A stretch of 64,000 nt of DNA from Setoptus koraiensis (taxonomy: Eukaryota > Animalia > Arthropoda): positions 21,700,001 to 21,764,000 of the forward strand of contig CM106586.1 in the NCBI GenBank assembly GCA_048013815.1. The letters run 5' to 3'. Each line of letters begins with the position of its first letter. Positions within the stretch are counted from its first letter, which is position 1. The translations under genes were made by a program, and so were the position numbers. Below are positions 26,187 through 39,050 of this stretch, one piece after another. The notes under the pieces are model-generated. The model searched no databases. It saw nothing but the letters and a program-made list of their open reading frames with translations, and was not told where the DNA came from.

Positions 26187-26995
26187 AAAATTACAGTACA
26201 ATGTGGGAATAGCGAAGAAAATTAGTCATGTAAAAACCACTATTCACAAGATGTACAATCTATATTCATACATATTCTATTCGCACCATCATTGCAAGTG
26301 CGATCGACGCATTCAATGAACGTATTCGTCGCATCGACATCAGTTATATCTGTCAACGAACACCGTAAGCCGTCGGCTTGAGGCCCCGAAATTATTCGAA
26401 ACTATTCGAAATGGTTCAAAGCTATTCGGAATGGGTCGAAGTGATTCCGAGCGACTCGACAGCTTGAGCTAGAATGAGCAACTGGTGGCCGGGAAAAATG
26501 GCGCAATTGGCATCTCGAGAGAGGGATATCTCATGTAATATATGCCTATAGGAATGGACATTAGAGGCCGTCCCGTGCCCTGAAGCAGCTTTGGTGGTGC
26601 ATTCAACGGAATGCTAGGTGCTAGAGGTTTTGCGCTGCGAGCCTCGAGCACCGGCAAACCTAGTGGCCAATTTTGGAAACGTGTCGCACCGAAACAAAGT
26701 TGACACCTTGCTCGATACGAGGTGCGAACGAACGAAACATAATGGAATGGACGGTTTGTAAAATATAAAAAAAAATGATTTCTAACGCACACAACAAGCA
26801 AACGAAGAAGCGAGCAAAGAAAGAAGGAAGTCAACAAGTTTAGCACCCACACAATGGCCAACTTATCCCAACAACGGGCGACTCGCGAAGGGGTAAATTC
26901 GGCGGTCATTGTTCGCAGCGGCAGACAATGCCGGCATTGTTAACAATTGCAGTGCAACAGTGTTCGCACAAAGTGAGAATAATGAACTTGATAAA

Positions 26996-27510
26996 TTAAT
27001 GAACTCTTAAATATTCATTTGTTTGTTCACCGATGCATCGACACGAAATTGACGCGCCGTTTGACGGTGATAGGTGAAGTATCGCAAGCGGCCAAGCGTG
27101 CGCTGTGCACCCCGATGGGGCGACAAAAGAATCACTGCTCGCTCGCTCACTGCCTATACTCAGTGGGCCCAACACTGTTCCAATGACCAGTGTTAATATA
27201 TCCGCCAGTATATCCGACATACACCTACTACCTATTATAGATAGCGTAGATGGATGGTGGATATTGTGGGATCCAGGGCAAACGCCGAGAACAGTATTCA
27301 CGTTTGAATGAGAGTGCAGCCCGCAACAATGGCCAGCACCCACAGCTATGCAGGGATGCGGCGCGTTGGTGCGAGCCGTAAATAACATCACTCGATGATT
27401 CATATGCAAATGCTTGTCGGACTGGTTATCGACTGGACACACAAACAACAATGACAACAGTGACAACAAGAGAAAGAGATAATAATATTTAAATTCGCTC
27501 ACCGATCATT
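26996..27510 (-). CDS. Candidate small spliced gene, unidentified
   Basis: Well-formed 70-nt intron (GTGAGC at 27502, long pyrimidine/GT tract, CCAG at 27433) in frame with an upstream ATG ATC G and the 168-codon track ORF. Internal exon structure is ambiguous. Confidence 0.3.
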
Positions 27511-27529
27511 GGCCGCCTCGTGAGCGTTG

Positions 27530-27636
27530 GGTCAGCTCTGATTTTGTCAGCTCTGATTTTGTCAGCGTGATTCAGCCTGATATCGCCAGTCCGACATCGC
27601 CAGTCCGATATCGCCAGTCCGATTTCGCCAGTCTGA
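27530..27636. repeat. Adjacent 15-bp (GTCAGCTCTGATTTT) and 13-bp (ATCGCCAGTCCGA-like) tandem repeats
   Basis: Read directly from the sequence. Confidence 0.85.
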
Positions 27637-30600
27637 TGAACTGCGCCGTTCAGGCCCACTGTGGCTCACCTTTATTCGGCCATCTATGCGCGAGGCGCAC
27701 ATTGGCGGGCATACGGAGGGGGCGACAGTTGAAAAAAGAATATATTCGATTTGTTTTTCGCTGCCAATTGTCAGCCGAATTGTCAGCGGCCACTGACAAG
27801 AATCGAGAGAGAATATTGTCTTTTTGTGTGGCTGTTGGTGCGCCACGGACACCGCTGCAAGCACTAACAGCCACCAAACAAACAAACAATGATCAATATC
27901 TAAATTGCTTGCTTGCCACTGACCACTGTCCACCATCGACAATAGAGCACGCGCTTGCGCATAATAAATGTGCCGTTGCCGTCCCACTGGCATGGGTGTC
28001 GTCTCATCATCAGCCTCGTCGTCAGCGTCGTCAGCCTCAGCCTCAGCGTCGTCGTCGCCGTCGACTGAGTGGCGCTGCCAGAAAAGGGGGCGCTCTCGGC
28101 CGCAAATGAGACCCAAAATAGGGGGCCATTACACTGGGCCGACTGACGTCGACTGACAGCAATTGAATTCGATTAAATCGATCTCGAACTCATTGGTGCC
28201 GTCGGCGCTGCTGCCCGTACGGCCACAATAGACAATGGGGCCAACAATGGCCGCGTGTTGCGTGCCCATGGGTCGCTATGCGCCGCTCCATATCACAGAG
28301 TCTCTATGTGCCGTTATGTGCTGCTGCTGCTGCATTATATACTGTGCCGATGCATAAATGCTGCTGCATAAATGCTGCCGATGCTGCTGTTGGCGCAAAT
28401 GATCGATGGAGCAGCAGCCGAAGAAACACTAACGAGCACTAAAGCGCACCAACACGCGCAAAACGCGTGCTACCGTTATCTGGTCAATTGGCCTGTTGGT
28501 TTTTGCCTCACACTCACATTCGCATTCATGCCCACTGACCGTTGGCAAATATTTGCATTGCCACTTGCGTTTGCTCGAAACGGTTGGTGTGCAATCAGTT
28601 ACGCGTTGGGCAAAGTGCAGTTATGCAAATTTGCATAACCGAGTGCCAGTTGAGGCTTCGGCAACAACTGGCGCCAGCAGCAGCAGCACTTGTTGACCCG
28701 TGCCCGTTATTGAATTGATTGCAATATTATGAGACGCGGACATGTGTTTGCTGATTGCAAACGGCGATTGCGCCACAAACAACACAAACAACAACCACTT
28801 GTCGAGTGAGCTAATGAGCCCGATCGAGCGCGCATTTGCACGCTTTACCTGTTGCTTCTCTAGAGTCGCTAGAGTCGCCAGAATCGAGTGGCTGGCTGTT
28901 TGTTGCAAACAGCAAACACTGAAAAACACGGAAAATTGGCGTCGAAAACTGTGCAACATCCAGCAACACAACGGTGTCGTTGTTGGCGCATGCAAGGTGC
29001 GCTCACGCTCTCTTGAGCACACGAGAGCGGGCCGGCAGGGGCGCAAAAGATTAATTTGAGATTAACTGTGCCCGTGGCTGCGATTCGCGCCGGGCCCAAC
29101 TAAGGCCAGCTCATTCATACCGCACAGTAAATGAGTGAATCATACGTGCATCGTTCACTCATCGGGCGATCGGGCGAGCCCGAGCGGCGCTAGCGACCGA
29201 CGGGCCGCTTGTAACGGGACTTCACTTTTGCCATGCCCATTCTCTGCTGTGCCTCGAGTTCCGTCACAGGGGGCGCCGTGCACGAAGTATGGCTATGCAC
29301 ACACACACGCACCAGCAATGGTGTTCAGCAGCGTTGGTGAGCAACGAGTAGGTAACGGTTCGCTGTCAGTTGGTATCGCGGGCAGCCAGAACAATGGGGT
29401 CACTGGCGAGAACAGCAATGACACGCGTTCAATGGCACGCTCAAACGGAACGATATGGGCCCATATTGTTATGGGGCGGCCATTCTTCTCTCGACTTCAT
29501 TCATGCCGTTCAGTGCGTGTCAGTGGCCAGTTTCGAAGGCAAACAATTCCGTCGGCCGTTGGCGCTGCACCGTCAAATATTGATGCAGCCGATGACCAGG
29601 TAAAGCTCCGTTCCGTGCATCGTTGCGGCCGCGCACGTACCCAAAACGCCGATGACATGTTACAGTTGGTCGGTGCACTTCCACCCCCAACGTCCGAACG
29701 TCCGAACGTCCGAACGTCCGAGCGCCCGAATTTTCGAACGCCAGTATGAAGCAGCTCGAAATGATGATATTCACGGATGAGATCACGGCGCTGAGACAAG
29801 CGCGCTGGCTGCAACCAGAATTAGCTGCGAAGAAGCCAAGTGTGAATTGTCTCTTGTAATTGTATTTATGGCCGCTATTCACTCGCCGCTCATACAACCA
29901 ACATTCGTATGATACAAATATCTCTGTGACAGCACTCGCGCTGACAAAATTATGATCCCGAAAAATCCATATTGCTTTGCTCTGTTGATGCCTGTGCAAA
30001 AAGAATCATCGATTGCCACTCAAGTGCGCTCCAGTTTCTCTCCAAATATCCAACCCATTTCAATATATATATTTCACCACTATTTGCACGTATCTGCACA
30101 GCGCACATTTGAACAAGCCAACTGACCAGTGGTCAGCTGCAGTACGCAAAAAACAAATTGGTGGTTGGTTGGGTCCTCTTTAAAAATCATTAAAGCGTAA
30201 AGTTGTTAACCCCTCTTCTTCGTGTTCCTTTTTTCGCCCAGCATCTCCGTTTGATGCGTGCCTCGTGTACAGCGTGAGGCCGCCTGGCGGTCAGGCGCAC
30301 TAACTAAAATAAAACAGTCAATGTTGAACAATGCCCGTATTTCATCATTGCACTGTTGTGCTGCTTTGTAATATAAATTGTAATATATAATAATTGTCTA
30401 TCACAATAGCAAACAACAAATCCGATATAATATTATGTAACACAAATTATCGCACACACACACACGCACACCATGAACCAATGATTCACCCAACAGCGAG
30501 CCAACGGCAACAGGTAACAGGCAACAGGTGCAATTGGCGATGTTGGCTGTGAATATCAATAATCGGATAATTATCACCAGTTTGATTGATTTCTTTCTGT

Positions 30601-31513
30601 CGCTCTGTCGATTTGTGTCTGGAAAACGCTCGCTCTGACTGATTGATTCGGCTTGCTTGCGATTGATTCATCATGCGAGAGCTTGGCTGCAATTCGCAGC
30701 CAGCTAAACTATATAACAACAAGATGGAATTGAGCAACATTTTTGCAACAAAATGCGCCCAACAAACAACAAACAGCAAGCAATTATAATGCAATCGGCC
30801 GAGTGCAACACCGACAAGTCACGATCCGAGAATCGTCAATAGAGGGCCGCAGTGCTTTCACTGTTGTTGCCCGACACTGGCTTGCAGATCTCTACTACCG
30901 TGGTGCAGAGGTTGCCAACAGGTGACCTTGATTGACACTTGTTGTCGGTATTGATAAATATGAATGACGGCTTGCCAATTGCCAGTGGCCCGTTCACAGA
31001 CAGTCGAGATTGGAGTTTTGATTTGTTTTGCGTTGTTGTGCAGTGTGATGCGCAGTTGTTCATTATGTGCAAACTATTACGTGACCATTACTGTCGTCAG
31101 TGACCAATGGTCGTGATTAATCAATGGACTGTTGGCCGCTCGAACCAGACCAAATGAAATCAAACGAGATCAGACGGGATCAGACGGGATCGCGCGAGAT
31201 CACACGAAGAGAAAAGATCTCAGAGGAGAACTTTTAACATTGTTTTGGCCCGTTTGTGTGCCGATGCGCCACCGCCACTGACCTGACTGGCCGGCGCAAA
31301 TCAATCATCGCAAGTCCCGGCTCGATGCGAAACTGATTATGATGAATTGCGTAACGATGGTGCTCGCATTAGCACCGTTCTCACAGTTGCTTTTCTCCCA
31401 TAGTGTCAACAGTTTTTGTGTCCGATGTCGGCCTGCGCGCCGCATGCAAATGCCGGCCAAACAAGCTGACACTTGTGTGAATCAGCACTGGACACGCCGA
31501 TACAATTGGCCAC

Positions 31514-31555
31514 CATTTGGGGCCGCACATTTGGGGCCGCACATTTGGGGCCACA
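31514..31555. repeat. 14-bp tandem repeat CATTTGGGGCCGCA x3
   Basis: Read directly from the sequence. Confidence 0.9.
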
Positions 31556-34500
31556 GATTCGGGACCAAGTGACAACGGTGAGCCGGTGTCGGCGGTTTCG
31601 GGTCAGTCGGACCAATTGGTCAGTTTGTTGTCTAGATTAGTGTCGCCGGAATGTGAATTAGCCGAGTCTCGGCCGACTCGCTGATGTATTTATCGCTGAT
31701 GTATTTATCAACGGCCGCACGCTGGCATTTTGGCAAACATACCGAGCCGGCCAATGTGTGTGTGCGTGTGTGTGTGAGGTCAATATTTGCCATAGTTGCC
31801 GCAACGAGAGCAGACAGAAAAAAGACAGTAAATATTTACCTGTGCGCGACGCGCAAACACGAGCTAGCTGCGGTCAAGCGGCCGTGGCAGCAGTAGTTGA
31901 ATAATGATTGACTCTTGATCCAACGTAAACACGCCGATAGTTTGTCCGGCCAGCCAGCCGTTGCCGTTACCGGCGCATTGCAGCGACGATTCACGATATG
32001 GCCAGTTGAGGCCAATTCAGTTGCAGGCAGCGTCAACAAAAGTCAAAATAAGTTATCAAAATCGCATTATCGCCCGATTGGTCAGCGGCGACTCGCCAGG
32101 CAGCCAAGCGGCCAGAGTGGCCCACACACGCTCATTTGCATAGGCATCTCGTGCAACACGCCACTAGCGACTGCAAACAGTAGCTAGTCGGTCAGTCAGC
32201 TCGTCCGTTCCAAGGTTCCAAGGTCCGAAAGTTTGAAAATTTGAAGGTTTGAAGGTGATAAATGGCCGCTCGGGTCAACGCTCTTTCGCTGGGTGTCCAG
32301 TGGGCGTAGGCGTGCGCTACCCAGCGGTGCAGCCCGTGCAAATTGTGGCCAAATTCGGCCGTGGATGCAATCGCAGCACGCGTTTATTTGATCATCATCA
32401 TGTGATCTATTTGACGTTGACCCATTTGCTCATGTTGGCTCTGTTGGCCGTCGGCATCACTCGGCGCCATTCAGCATCAGGCTGGAATCTTCAATCGGGC
32501 GATCGGGCGCGAATTGCGACAAATTTGTCGCAATTGGTGGGCATTATTTTAGTAAATATTGATTCTGTTTGTGACACAAAATCAATGGGAATCTTGGCGC
32601 AACACTGTCCGCGACAATGCCACGCCGACTAAACACTAACAATTTTGGCTAATTTCAATTCGATTTTCGACTCGAATCTCGCATCGGTTGCCGCCGGCTC
32701 ATCGGCCAGCTAGGCGGCACCATCGATCATCGTCGCAAAACCTCAGGTAGCGCCGGCGACAATTATTTATTTGCCTCACATTTGCCTCCGGTTTGGCTGC
32801 GGCCCCGCACTTGGCCCGGCTGGCCCCCGATTGTGCCCACCACCGACGACAAATCTGAATAATCTAAACAGTATGCGACAGCGAACATGGTAGCGGGTGG
32901 CCCGATGACTAATGACCAATCGCTCATGTAGTAGTTGGCCGAGGGAAAATTTCCGTTGTTTCCGCGCCCGATTGTTGTCCGATTTTTTTGTGGCCTCACA
33001 ATGTTGTCGAGCAACAACAATCGTCAATGGGATTGTCGTTGTGTCGCCCGGAGACGCAAACAAATGGCCGAATAGGGGCGCATTTGTGTCTGAATCAGGC
33101 AGTCTGATCACAGTCTGAAATCACAAGTTGGTCACAAGTCGTCGGCCGGCCGGTCGATTTTCCATTGACTCGCACGCACCGAAGGCGGCCAATGGAAAGG
33201 ATTGAACCTGTTGCTGAGCAGCAAATGAACGCGACAATAGTTGTTTTCGCGGCGCCGGCGCGGCCAGCGAGCGAGGGGCCCGACAGTGCGAGCCAGCGCG
33301 AGACGGTGCGAGCGTCGCTTCGTTTCAATTGTCTTCATCTCCATCGCCAGCCAAGCTGCCGATTGGAGAGCTCGAGAAGTTGTGCTAACAGGCTTCGTTT
33401 TCGTTGGCCCGAAGGCGTCACGGCCCGCCGAATCCCGACCAGTGGTGAGGCCCCGCCTCTGGCCGCCGTCGAGCCGCTTCGGCTCGCACCAGCTCGAGCC
33501 TGAGATGGCCATTTCCGGTGTGTTGCATTTGCGCGTGTCGCGCGCGTGTCTGCTGACCACTCTCGCACTGGGCTCGTAAGCTATTAATTGGCGTGCTAAC
33601 CAATGGACGACAATTTGCAATTTACTGGCTCCCCTTCTCCCTCTGGCTGGCGCGTCGAGTGGGCAAACCAGTGAAGATGTTGCAATGATTGTTATTAGTG
33701 GCATTAGCGTTGATTGTGCTTGTCGCTGTCGTAATTGATCATGATTTGTCGTTGTTGTTGTTGTTGTTGCTGTCGTTGTCGTTGTTGGTGTTGTTGTCGT
33801 TGTTGCGGTCATTTGGCGGCCGCTCGTGGCCTGTCCGACGCGGCCAACACCGGCCGACACGTAAAAAAGCGCCTGGCACGGCCATATCCATCCTTTGTGT
33901 GCCTACTTGACCGCAACCAGAGTAACAACCAGCAAACCAAGGACAGTAAAGTCGCCACTGCAGTGGTCAGCCGATGATGAATTCTCGATTTCCTGTTTGC
34001 TTATCTGCAATTGGCCAGCAACTGAGTGAGCCGAAGTGAGCACAAACTGGCGTGCATTCGCTGCAGTTTGTCAACCGGTCAGCGCTGGCCCAAACTGACC
34101 ACCAAAGAGTGAATCGCTCAATCGGACACACAATGTCCGCTGCAGTGAGAGGCAATTAATTTTCGCCATCGTTCCATCAAATCGCGGGCCAACGCAGTCA
34201 TATTAAAACGTCATTCGCCACATTATATTCATACATACACATATCTGTGTATATTTGGCCATATTTGCATCATGTTGCGCCTCTCAGGTGGCTGGCGATC
34301 GCACCATAATAACAAATGATGATGAGAGCAAGATTGGCGTTCGTTTGCGGCCGTAGCAAATGGCTAAAAAACAACCGCATTACATTGTATAGCAAATAGA
34401 TAGATTATCATTATGTATTTGTCATTATGAGTTAGTGCTACCGGTTGCACGAGCCCCCGCATTTCGGTCACTGGCCGGCAACTACGCTTCGCCGGCCAGT

Positions 34501-37500
34501 GATACTGCCCCTGATAATAGCAACGCTGCCCACGCCACCCGAACCGGCGCGCACGAGTCGCCAACAATCGCCGGCCAGTTTAAATAATCGTTCGTTCAAC
34601 GGTGGCCAAATCCATGATCGGAAACGCCATTCGAAGACATGCTTGAGACAACACAAAGGGCCACAATTTCGTCAGGGAGATTGGCGTTTCCTCCGTGGCG
34701 CTGCTCGCCCACTCGCAGCGCCAATCTATTTGTTGGGCCAACCAGCGCGTGCAAACCAATAATAAATACGAACCAATAATGGCCAGTATGAACCAATAAC
34801 CTTGCGCCAGGATGCAACAGGTAATTCGGACGCCAGTTCCGCCGCCAAGTGTCGCCTGTAGACTCTACAGCGCGTATTTCTCTCGAGTTTCTCTTCTTGC
34901 AATTTTCGTTTCGATTTTTTCCATTTTCGCCATTTTTCGCGCGCGGCCGTTCCACTTTTGCGAGTCGCCCCCGCCCTTCCATTTGGAAATTTCCTATAAA
35001 TTCTAGGCTGAAAAAAAATTGGCGAATCGGCGATCTTGTGCCAGCTCGTTATTGGCCTTCGCTGGCTGTTGGGCCGCAACGATATCGAATGAAAAATTAG
35101 AGGCCCGAGGTGCCGTCCATCATATTCATGCGTGGATATTCACGCTAATTACCGGCGCTCACCATGCACGCGCTCAATACAATGATGCCAAAATGTAAGC
35201 AGCCAATGAGCATCAATGTTAACAGGTATTGAGGCCAGCACACCGCGGCACAGGCAACGATCGTGAGCAAGATAGGTTACGCAATCAGCGATCAGCTGTT
35301 TCCGGCAATACTAAATAAAGTGCTGGTAACGAGGTTATTGAGAGCGCGAGATGAGCAAACCGAAATCGGGACCAGGCCACGCTCCAGATTTGCTTGGGCC
35401 GGCCTGCTAAAAAATGAATGAATATGAAATGAATCCGGCGAGCATTGTGGCGCTCGCGGTGAGCGCTGCCGACCTGGCGCGGCGACACTTTCGCGGCACT
35501 GTTACGTGCACGTGCAGCGTGCGATTGGATAATCGACAGTTGTTCATCATTCCATTATTGCCGGGGTGCGTGGGGGAGACGGTGGCATATGGCGACGAAC
35601 AGGCGACGAACAGGCAAAGAACTGGCGCGATGCTTCGGAGCGTTCGGACGGTGCGGCCATTGCGAAACGAGAGTGGAAAGTGGTGTGTAGGTGGGCCGCG
35701 GCTCGCGCAAAGTGTAATACGCGTAATGCGCGCGGCAACGAGAGTGAGGGTGTTCAGTCATTCATTGATTTATGTTGCTGCCAGCGCCGGTGACGGAGGC
35801 ACGAGCTTGCGTAACGCGCGCACAACCATCAATCGCGCCGCAGTAGAAGCGTTCTTCGTTCTTCTTGCTTCGCTGTTCGTCGTTCGTTCTTGGTTCTCGG
35901 CCGCTCGTTCGCAACCGCTCGTTCTCGGTCGTCGCCTGTCAGTGAGTTGCGAAATGCAACTTGCAACGCTGCACTGCTGTGCTCTTTTGGCCTCAAGTCG
36001 GCTCACGTTGGGCCTCACGAATCGCAACGAGCCCAGAATCGGCCCCATTCATTGATTTGCGATCACAACAACAGATGAATTGCAGTTGCCTCCTCCGCTC
36101 GCTCAACGGCCACATCATCTGTTGCGCTGCTCGTCTGTCCTGTTTATATTTATATTTATAATGTTGAGATTTGAGCCATTTCATACACGTAGCCATTTGG
36201 TTAATCGGGCAAGCATGAGCGCACACTTTTTATTTATTTATTCCCCCCCCCCTTGCGCCAACAAGCAAACGGTTGCTACTTGCAAATAAATGGGCGCCAT
36301 TTACTTACGCAAGTTGCGTTGCTGCAACTTGCGTCTGAACATAACGTATATATACAGCAGCAGTGTGGCAGTGACATAAGTTGCGCATATGACATAATAG
36401 TGCAGCCACATGATATAAATGGGGCCCCCATCGACAGCGAGCAACGAAATGGTTTTTGAGGTTGTAGCATCATAACGCGCGCGCAGAGCATGACAGCAGC
36501 CCGATAGTGGCGCCGCTCGAGATTGATTTGTGCCTCAACTGTGTGTGTGTGTGTGTGTCGCCCCATACGCGAAAGTGAGTTTAGCCGCTATATTATTACC
36601 GGCTATCTCAGCTCATTGTTGGCCGATCATCCTCAATGAATCGGCCCCCGATTCATCTGTTTCGCTGGTGGCGTCACGTGTTGCGTCATCGCTGCACGTG
36701 ACGCAACGACCGACGGAACGTGTTTCGCGTTTTGCGGATACTGGCAACTGAATGACGCAACAGGCCTAATGCTGGCCATAGGCTGGTGCTAGTTAGCGTG
36801 GCGACAATGATGATGGTGGCACAACACGAGTGGAGAGGCTTCTTTTTCAGCTTTTTTAACTTTTTCTTTCCTCTCTCCGTACATACAATCATGGCGATGC
36901 AATGATGTAAAATGGTCGGTGTGCCCGAGATGGTCCGCTACACTCTGGCTGGCACAGGCAAGAAAAACAAAGGCAAAGAGGAGAAAAAACGCAACAGTTG
37001 CCAGCGATCCAATTTTCAGCATGGAAACTTTTCACTTTGCTCAGCAGCATCGATCACCTATCTCTCGTGCCCGACTGTTGCACCATGCGTTACGTAACCA
37101 ACTGCCCGATGCTCGCAAGCTAATGCACGGCAGCTGAAGCAAACCAAGGAGCTGGCCGATGACGAGACTCACGTCACGACAGCGATTGAACTTGTTGAAT
37201 GCGTCGTTGTGAGTGAATGGTTTTGTTGGTTGAAGTTTGTCAATTAGAGCCCAATTGGCGCCAACTGTCATCGCTGTCGCCGAGAATGAATCGGGCGGCT
37301 GTTTGCGGTTTGTCGATTGATATTTGTCGAGACATTTCAGCGACAATTAAGGGGGGGACTATCGCGCAATTGGATTTCGTTTTCATTTGGGCCCCTCTTG
37401 GCGCAACAGGTCAGCTAGCGGCCAATTGCGACTGGTTTTTCGCCACTGGCGAACAACATCGAAATATCTAGTCATTTCTCACATCGGACAGTCTCTGAAA

Positions 37501-38900
37501 TGACCAGAGAAGTCATTTGAGAGAATGGCCACTTTTCAGCGAGACTTTTCGCCAGACAGCGCGACTTTTCGGTGTGTTCGCGCACACCCGAGTGACTCAC
37601 TCGGACTGCGAATCTCTGAGTGAGCGTGCGCCCGAAATGTACGAAATGAAATTTTCTATTTTTGTTGCGCGCGATATTTGCCTATTTATATACATCACAA
37701 GCTGCGTTTTTATTTTTACACTAACTGACGTCGGCTTGATTGCCGGCCAGTCGAGAGTCAGTGTAACGTAACGAGCAACGCGTGCCAACCACTATTATTA
37801 CTATCATTAGATGCGAAAGCTGCCAGTTGACCAGTCGCCAGATTGGCCTCAGATAGGCATACCTGGCTGACCAGCGCACTGGCCGGTGCGGGCTTTTGCC
37901 AGTGTGTCGGGCCGGTGCCGATCGGTGCAAGCGCCCACGAGTTGCCGTTTGCCAGCAAGTCAAGCACAACCAGTGGCGGCCAGTTGCAGTTTGGCAGCAG
38001 CGCCAGATGAGGCAGTTTGGCCATTGGGCTGAAGTGGGCAAACGAGGCAAACTTGTTATGCCACTCGGCGCGAATGTTTGCCCACTGCCGTGGCTCGGGT
38101 CATTAGAGTTTGTTGGCGCTTCGAAGGGCGAACGTTCGGCCGAACGCTCGGCCGCTCGGCCGTTCGAACGCTCGACAGTCTCGAGTTGGAACGAGCGACC
38201 GAGTTGCATGCTTCGGCTCCGACAACCACCAGTTGCCGGCGCTGATTGGTGGCCGCCGAAACAGGCAGATGGCCGCTCGCGTTCGGTAATGGCAGTGGCT
38301 GTCGTTGTTGCAGGCTGCCGGTGCTGCCGGTTGTTGTTGTTGCTGTTGTTGTTGCTGTTGTTGTTGGCGTAGATGTTGTTGTTGGCGTTGTTGTTGTTGT
38401 TGCTGTTGGGGGCAGTGCCGGGCGATAGGTGGACACGCGCCAACAGCGCCCTCTCCGCGGGCTCGCTCCCCCAACCGGCAGAATAAACGCACCGATTTTG
38501 TACGAATCGCATCACAGCACCAGCACGGTGACGACCGCGTGCCGGCGGGCGCCCGATGCAACAAATCCGCACCGGCAACCATTGACGTAAATCGCGCTCA
38601 TTCTCGCAAGATCATTTCCATTCATTGTATCACTTTCGTCGCTGGGCAAAGGCAGCTACGCGCACGAGTCGCCGATACAGCGAACTGCTCGCTGGCTTGC
38701 CAAATTCTGGTCAGCCAACCGGCCCGTGCGCCCACAATCCGCGCGATTTCGCGGCGATTCCTAGGCGATTTCGCGGCAATTTTGTAAATCCGTGAATAAA
38801 TTGGCATCACTAATCAACTTTCGGCCTCATCCAGCCACTTGCGCGCCCTCGCGGCAGTCAATTTACCTGTCGCCGGGGCTCCGCATTTTTACGAGTTCGT

Positions 38901-39050
38901 AGGAATGTTCGGAAATTTTCGGAAATCCTGGGAAATTTTCGGAAATCGTGGGAAATCCTCGGAAATTCTCGGAAACCTCGGGAGATCTTCGAAAATTCTC
39001 GGAAATCTTGGGAAATCGTCGGAAATCTCGGTGAATCCTCGGCAATTTTC
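38901..39050. repeat. 10-bp-period minisatellite GGAAATYNTC, ~15 units
   Basis: Register is kept across 150 nt despite many substitutions. Confidence 0.95.

Noticed and set aside
29822-29849. AGCTGCGA...GTGTGAATTG resembling 5.8S rRNA
   Set aside because: The invariant CGATGAAGAACGCAGC core and the downstream sequence are absent.
29955-30100. Minus-strand GEIYILKWVGYLERNW resembling a chromodomain
   Set aside because: No TWEP motif, wrong spacing, and no retroelement integrase or other exons nearby.
37721-38787. Stack of long ORFs (up to 285 aa) around a GTT/GCT repeat
   Set aside because: Open frames are explained by the repeat and high GC; no domain or clear splice acceptor. A real minus-strand exon cannot be fully excluded.
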